Source: Eledone cirrhosa (Eukaryota). Taken from it: a stretch of DNA of 64,000 bases. The notes beneath the pieces are model-generated. The model did not search any database, had not been told where the DNA came from, and saw nothing but the letters and a program-made list of their open reading frames with translations. Shown piece after piece: positions 56,539 through 64,000 of this stretch. A program made the position numbers and the translations under genes. The stretch lies in the NCBI GenBank assembly GCA_964016885.1, contig OZ024741.1, positions 239,692,001 to 239,756,000 on the forward strand, written 5' to 3'. The number at the start of each line of letters is the position of its first letter. The stretch's first letter is position 1.

Positions 56539-59500
56539 CAAGAGACCAGGTGGAGGGGTGGGTCTGCTAGGTTCATTGAGGGTAAAAAACGATGTTATAA
56601 GCTTTTCTGGGTGGGAAACGACGATGGGCTGGGTGGAGTAGGAATCATGGTAGCAGAAAAGTGGGCAGATAAGATAATAGACGTAAATAGAGTGAACGAC
56701 AGAATAATTAAAATACGACTTGTCCTCAATAGAACTACGGTGACAGTAATATCTGCGTACGCACCCCAATCCGGACTGCCCGGCACTATAAAAGACAGAT
56801 TCTATGAGACACTGATGCTAACTACCTCCCAAATATCCGACAGTGACTATATAATTATCGCAGGCGACCTAAATGGTCACGTTGGACAACATTGTGACGG
56901 CTACGACGAAATCCATGGAGGCTATGGGTTTGGTACTAGAAATGAGGAAGGCGCCAGAATCCTGGAATTCTGTGATGCAAATAACCTAACTATCTGTAAC
57001 ACTAACTTCAAAAAACGTGACAATCACCTGATCACCTATAGATCCGGGGAACACACAAGCCAGGTAGATTATATCCTTACCAGAAGACGTGACAGAGTGT
57101 CTGTTGTTAACACTAAATCCCTCCCCCATGAAGAATGCACCTCCCAACATAGACTGATAATTAGCGACCTCATAGTCAGGACGAGACGTACTCGACAACA
57201 GAAGAGGACTATCCTCAGGAGGAAAATATGGAAGCTAAAGGACCCCACAGCCAGGAATAAATTTCAAAGCATATTACTTGATGCTTTCGACAGTAAGGAA
57301 GAACATTTAGAGTCGGACAATATAGAGGGAGAGTGGGAATTTCTGAAAGCAAACCTGCTGTTGGCGACAGACGAGGTCTGTGGCTGGAGCAGGCCTGTAG
57401 GCAGGAGGAGAGTAACATGGTGGTGGAACAGTAAGGTGGAGGGGTCAATTAAGGCCAAAAAGCAGGCTTGGAAAGTATGGCGGGATGGGGGAAGTAGAGA
57501 GGACTATCAAGTGGCCAGGAGGGAAGCTAGGAGACAAGTGTACTTAGCAAGAAGGGAAGCTGAGGAAAGAAAGTTCAAGCATGTTCTACAACGCGATGAC
57601 CAAAAACGTGAGGTGTTCAGGATTGCTAGGCAATGCGTCAAGGAAAACCGTGATATTGTCGGGGAGAAGTGTGTACTAAACGACGATGGCACACTTGCCA
57701 TCACCGACGCTGATAAGAAGGTAGCTTGGAAGTGTCACTATGAAAGGCTTCTAAATGAGGAGAATAATTGGGAGAAAGGCAGTCTCCCCCATATCGACCC
57801 AATAGAGGGACCAGCAGTGTTAGTCGAGGGGAGTATAATAAGTAAGGCAATCAAGGATATGAAGACTGGTAAGGCGGCTGGGCCTTCGGAAATAGTTGCT
57901 GAGATGCTGAAGGCATCTGGCACGGTGGGACACACCATGGTCACCCGCATAGTTAACCAAGTCGTACAGAATGGGGTTGTTCCGAAGGACTGGCATAGCA
58001 GCATCATCGTTAACTGTTATAAGGGTAAAGGAGACGCCCTAGATAGGAGTAACTATAGAGGCATTAAATTAATCGACCAGGTCATGAAGGTCACGGAAAG
58101 AGTAATAGCGCAACTAATCAGAGAGAGAATTGACCTAGATGAAATGCAGTTCGGGTTTGTGTCAGGCAAAAGTACCACAGACGCTCTTTTCATAGTACGA
58201 CAACTACAGGAGAAGTACCTAGCTAAAGGTAAACCCCTCTACTTAGCTTTTGTCGACTTGGAGAAAGCCTTCGACAGAGTCCCCCGCTCCATTATCTGGT
58301 GGGCTCTTAGAAAACTAGGCGTTGACGAATGGCTTGTGAGGGCTATACAAGCCATGTATAAAGAAACAGTCAGCAAGGTTAGAATTAACAACGAATATAG
58401 TGAAGAGTTTAGCGTAAAAGTTGGCGTCCATCAGGGCTCTGTTCTCAGTCCACTACTATTTATTATTGCCCTTCAGGCTATAACAGAGGAGTTCAAGACA
58501 GGCTGCCCATGGGAACTCCTATACGCAGACGACCTGACACTCATAGCGGAATCAATGGCCGAGCTAGAGAAGAAATTCCAAACATGGAAGCACGGCCTAG
58601 AGTCAAAAGGACTTAAAATTAACCTGGCTAAGACCAAAGTACTAGTTTGTAGGAAAGAAAACAAGGCGGCGGTCCCTTCTGGGAAATGGTCGTGCTCGGT
58701 GTGTAGGAAAGGCGTAGGTAGAAACTCCATTTTATGTCCTAAATGCAAAGTATGGGTGCATAAAAGATGTAGTGGGATCACAGGTAAGCTAACTAAGAAC
58801 ATAGATTTTACATGTGGCCGGTGCTCTGGTGCAATAAGTAGCAGCAAGTGCCCACAAACTACTAGCTCTTTCAATTGCGCAGAGGGTTCTATAGAAATAG
58901 TGGACAGCTTCCGTTACCTGGGCGATAAAATCAGCAGTGGGGGAGGGTGCTCTGAAAGTACTGTAGCTAGAGTCAGAACTGGTTGGAAAAAGTTCAGAGA
59001 GCTTATACCACTATTAGCTGCTAAAGGGTTCTCACTAAAAATGAAAGGCAGGTTGTACGATGCCTGCATACGAACAGCAATGCTGCATGGCAGTGAGACC
59101 TGGGCATTGTGTGCAGAGGATATACGCAGACTAGAGAGGAACGAAGCTTGCATGCTCCGCTGGATGTGTAACAGTAATATACGTGAACGGCAAAGCATAA
59201 ACGAACTAAGGAAAAAATTAGAGATAAGAGGGATCAGATGTTGTTTACTCGAGAGAAGGCTACGTTGGTATGGACACGTGATGCGCATGAAAGTCGATAG
59301 CTATATAACAAAGTGCAGGGCAATAAAGATAGACGGTAGTCACGGAATAGGCAGACCTAGAAAAACCTGGGACGAGCTGATAAACTCCGACATCACACAC
59401 TTACACCTCTCCAAGACAATGTCACTGGACCGAGACCTTTGGCGGTACTCAGTAACAGAGAAGACCCGCCTTACCTAAATATATAGTAAAACCTACTCCA

Positions 59501-59873
59501 GCCAGTAGGCATCTCTAACAAAATACACCCCGTCCCACCACCACCACCCCCACCCGATCCACACCACCCCGTTCTATGTAAAGTTATGTTGGTGCCGCGC
59601 CATCGAGGCCGAAACAAATGAGATCGTGTAGGTGTCACGACAAAAAAACACACAGTCCACGCTGTAATGTGGCCGTGTAGGCAACACGGTAAAAACCTCC
59701 CAGACCCACACTGTAAATGTGGTTGGTGTTAGGAAGGGCATCCAACTGTAGAAAACCTGCCAGACAGTCCTATGCGAGCAAGACAATCACTCTTGCCTCA
59801 AGTGGGACTACCCCCGTCCAAACCCATGCAAGCGTGGAACACGGACGTTAAACGTTGATGATGATGATGATGA

Positions 59874-59876
<3 letters not shown>
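56539..59876 (+). mobile_element. Young RTE LINE with a ~980-codon open frame (APE lacking its first motif, RT, PHD-like finger)
   Basis: ORF 56461-59478: QETRW, SAYAPQ, AGDLN, QVDYI, SQHR, AFVDLEKAFD, QGSVLSP, YADD, FRYLG. 3' UTR with a (TGA)n tail. Confidence 0.96.
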
Positions 59877-59914
<38 letters not shown>

Positions 59915-60089
59915 TATATAAGTAATATATTGTTGACTTGGAGAAAGCCTTTGACAGAGTCCCCCATTCCAGAACATGAAAGCTTCAGCCTACGTGATGA
60001 TGGGCAGATATGGAAGTTTATTAAGGCTGGTGAAACATGGAAAAGGGATACCAGCTGGTCTGAAAACACTGTACCCACAACAACTGACA

Positions 60090-62995
60090 ATAAAAAAAAA
60101 ATGAAAAACTCTGGGAAACTAAATCAGAACAACCTGCCATCCCCTGCACATAATCATAGACTGGAATCAAGGTACAAATTGTTGTCTTGAATGCACGTAG
60201 TCTATGCAATAAGATTCATCTTTTTGACTCCTACGTCAAAAGTATCAACCCTGACTTCATTACAGTCACGGAAACTTGGGCACATCCCTTACTCTGAGAT
60301 GGGGTTTTCAGCATAACTGGCTACAACTTGTTTCGTAAAGACTGCACTAATCGTTGTTGTGGTGGTGGTGTAATGGTATACGTTCAGTCAAATTTTTCGG
60401 CAATTCCTTGTGTTGATTTGAACCAATCGCAGCAGGATGTATTTTTCTGCGATATACGTATGACCATGTCAACACTACTACTTGGAGTCGTTTACCGTCC
60501 CCCAAATTACCATCAGGACACTCAACTTTGTGATATCCTCAGAGTTGCTGCCAGGTAAACAGCCACTTATGTTTTTATTGCAGGGAACTTCAATCACCCT
60601 GAGATTGACTGGGAAACCTTTCATTGGCCGCCAAGTGCAAATGACTTCCTTGAGCTAGTGCTGGACTCGAACTGGTCCCAAGTAGTCACCTCCCCAACAA
60701 GAGGTGACAACACTTTGGACCTACTCTTCACCACAACTCCTGAAATGGTTATTAGTGTTACTACTGAGGAACCTTTAGGTGACTCTGATCATGCTATGAT
60801 CATTGCCAATCTATGCCTCATGGGCAGTAATAAAAACCACAACCATCTCCAAACTGCTCACCTTGACTGGAATAAGGCAGACTGGAACTGTTACTGCACT
60901 GAGTTGCAACGTCCAAACTGGCTTGAGTTCTACGACTCTGGAGATGTCAACACTGTACTTCAGAACATCCTGAGCTCAATATGGACAGCATGTGCAACAT
61001 CGGTGCCACATAAGCAGAAAAAACATCCCAAAAGTGAAATTTGGGAGACTGCAGCAGTCCGTCTTGCCAGAAAAGAACGTCATAATGCTGAACGTGAGTA
61101 CAAACTGCATAAATCAGATATCAATAGGAAGACGCGAAAGGCAGTGCTTGAATTTGAGCAGCGCATAGCAACCAGCCCTGACAGTAAGGTGTTCTGGAAG
61201 TATGTTCACTCAAAGCCGAGGCCTCACTCTCCAGTTGGTCCTCTTCACAATCCCCACACAAGCCAGGTTACTGATGACCCCAAGGAATGCGCAGAACTCA
61301 TTGCTGAATGCTATGCAGGCATTTTCACTATTGAAGACCAGAGTGTACCGTCTCCACCACCTCTGACATCGGATTCTATTACAACTATGGAATTTACACC
61401 TGCAATGCTGCGACGACACCTTAAAAATAAACGCAACCATGTCCCTCTTGGTCTTGATGGTGTTACGTACCTGCTTCTCAAACGTGGTTGGTACTTCCTT
61501 CTGCACCAGCTATCACGCTTCTTCCAATTCTGTCTGAAAAACAGTGCTACTCCAGAACAGTGGAAAACTGCCAGTGTCATTCCTCTGTTCAAAAAGGGTG
61601 ACCGCACATCACCTGTGAACTATCGTCCAGTCAGTCTTATTACTAGCTGCATTGCAAAACTGATGGAATCCTGTGTTAGAGAAACACTTTGGAACTTCTG
61701 GAACTCTCACAGTCTTATCCGGCCCTCGCAGTTTGGATTTATTCCTAACTCCAGCTGCTGTGATCAACTTATCGAGTTTCTTGAAGACATCACCTGGATC
61801 ACTGATGGCGGCTCATGGGTGGATGTTGTTTACCTTGACTTTGCTAAAGCTTTCAATTCTGTGCTACACAAAAGACTTATGGCAAAACTCTCTGCAATGG
61901 GTGTGAAGGATGATCTTTTTAACTGGTTGAAGTCCTTCATTCTCAGTTGAAGAGAGGTAGTCACGGTTCTAGGACAGCATTCCTCACCATATGAGATGTC
62001 ATCTGCTGTATCACAGGAATCTGTTCTTGGCCCCCTTTTGTTTGTGGCATATATTAATGACATAGATGCCAACTTAAAGAATGCCACAGTACTGAAATAT
62101 ACAGATGACATCAAGCTGTACCTTGAGATAAAAAGGACCGATCCTGAACACTATAGATCTTACTTGCAATCTGACCTGGACACAATACAACAATGGATCA
62201 CAGACTGGCAACTCAAGCAGGCTGTGGACAAGTGCACCACCATGCATTTTGGGAGTAAAAACCCAGCGTCCACATACTCCCTCCACAACAGTAATATGAA
62301 GAAGTCTTCTTGTGAACGTGACCTGGGCATTACGGTCAACAGCGATTTGCGTTGGATGAGGCAAGTCTCTAAAATTGTCAAGAAGGCCGAGGGTGTTTTA
62401 GCATCACTCAGCAAGACCTTTGGCAGCTGCTCTCCAGCTATCTATTTAAAGCTGTATATAGCTATGGTGCGGCCACACTTAGAATTTGCATCACCAGTCT
62501 GGAAATCCTATCTTGCTCAGAACATTGACTGCAACCAAGCGAATACCCTCCATCAGGCATCTACCATACTCTGAACACCTTGCTTCCCTGGGCATGGATA
62601 CATTGAAGCTCCGACGTCTGGCAACTGACTTGGTAAACATCCACAAAATTACTAACCATCTTGCCAACAACAACCCTGAGTACCTTTTTGATTTCCATGT
62701 GTCTAACATATGTGGGCATGCCCACAAAGTCAGAAAACAGCACAGCTCCCATGACTTTCGGAAACATTTTTTTCACGCTCAGAGTTGCTGAAGCATGGAA
62801 CAAAAAACCTCCATGCTTCCTGAGATTCGCCAACACTACACCTAATATTCCCCCTCCATACACACATGCACATGTATATAATGACTCATACACTATTCAC
62901 TTCCCTGACATTTGTATATTATTCTATGTACTATACATGCACCTTTGGTGAGTTGTAGTGCACCTGAGCACTGTACACAATAATTTCATTATTAT
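60090..62995 (+). mobile_element. CR1-group LINE ORF2, degenerate, (ATT)n tail
   Basis: LNARSL, TETW, YRPP, SDH, YLDFAKAF, YTDD, RPHLEFAS. Confidence 0.92.
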
Positions 62996-64000
62996 TGTTC
63001 TTTGAGTCTCAGTCATTGATGTTAGTTAACTGGAAAGTTTGTTGAAATGAATATCAAGCCATTACCTGCAGCCTCAGATATTCAGGACGTATCGGAGGGT
63101 TCTTGCTGTTCCCAGCAAGCGTGCCTTTTGAAGCGTTCCAAAAAGCATGGCGGGGCCAATTTTCTTTAACCATCCCTGGAAACCTTTTGAGATAGTACCT
63201 AGTGCGCCTATGACAATCGGGACCACTTTGACTTCATGGCAGTTCCAAATCCTTTTTACCTCGCACTTTAAGTCCTGGTATCGGTTAATTTTCTCCCTCT
63301 CCTTCTCTTTCACTCTCGTGTCGAATGGGCAGGCCACATCCACAATCAGGCACAATATTTTTTCCTTGTCCAAAACCACCAGGTCAGGTCTATTGGGTTC
63401 CAGTTTCTTGTCCGTCTGTATCCTAAAATCCCACAGCACCTTTACCTGATCGTTTTCTATCACCGACTCTGGCTCATGCTCATACCACTTCTCAGAATGT
63501 GGTAAATTGTTTACTTTGCATAGGTGCTAGTGGATTACCCTGCCCATCACATGATGTCTCCAGCCTTTATAGTGAGTCTGGGCTAAGTGTTTACACTCGG
63601 ATACAATGTGAGCCACAGTCTCCTCTCTCTCTCCACAGATCCGGCACAGTGGGCTAGCCTCCTCCTTGTAAATATGGTGTTTCAGCCACTTTGTTTTGAG
63701 GGCCTGCTCTTGTGCAGCCATTAGCGTTCCTTCTGTAACCTTTTCAAGGTCTCCTCTTTTCAACCAGTTCCATGTCTGTGGATCTCTGAATTCAGTTTTC
63801 TCAAAGAAGGTACTATGAAGGGATTTTTCATGAAGGTTGCTCTTTCTCCTTGTTATTATTTCCTCCTTGGACATCCCCTGGTCTATTGTCCTCTCCTTCA
63901 GTACAATTCTGAGCATTGGCTCCCTACTATCAGTCACGTATTTGTGTAGGTTGTTTTTCTCCATCTGAACACAGTCCTCTATGCTGATAAGACCTCTTCC
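62996..64000 (-). mobile_element. R4/Dong-like non-LTR element, 3' part (CCHC knuckle + restriction-like endonuclease)
   Basis: LMAAQEQAL, CRICGEREETVAHIVSEC, RH, LWDF, RPDLV..DVACP..EK..RY, PIVIGALG. Confidence 0.88.

Noticed and set aside
62996-63075. R4/Dong-like LINE as the partner of SINE-B
   Set aside because: Only vague 3' similarity, and its tail is (AAT)n on the element strand while SINE-B junctions are TTA.

Overview
AT-rich eukaryotic DNA, most likely an octopus or other coleoid cephalopod. This is inferred from the protocadherin type and the SINE families. One host gene is recognisable: the large exon of a protocadherin on the minus strand (48178-46163). It appears to have lost almost all of its third cadherin repeat in frame, and it has a strong splice donor before the ORF runs on into retroelement sequence. 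The rest is a nested transposon landscape built on (TA)n microsatellites: Penelope-like elements (RT + GIY-YIG), RTE LINEs (one with a ~980-codon open frame and a PHD-like finger inside the RT), CR1-group LINEs, restriction-like-endonuclease LINE fragments (R4/Dong-like, CRE-like), two tRNA-derived SINE families, four non-autonomous Helitrons, solo-LTR-like inserts and piggyBac-like MITEs. The main signal not visible in the ORF track is about ten type I hammerhead ribozyme motifs, seven with intact cores. They sit in short Penelope pLTR-like remnants, and several long fold-back hairpins have breakpoints at or beside a hammerhead half. All calls were made by eye, and TE boundaries are approximate unless termini or TSDs are quoted.
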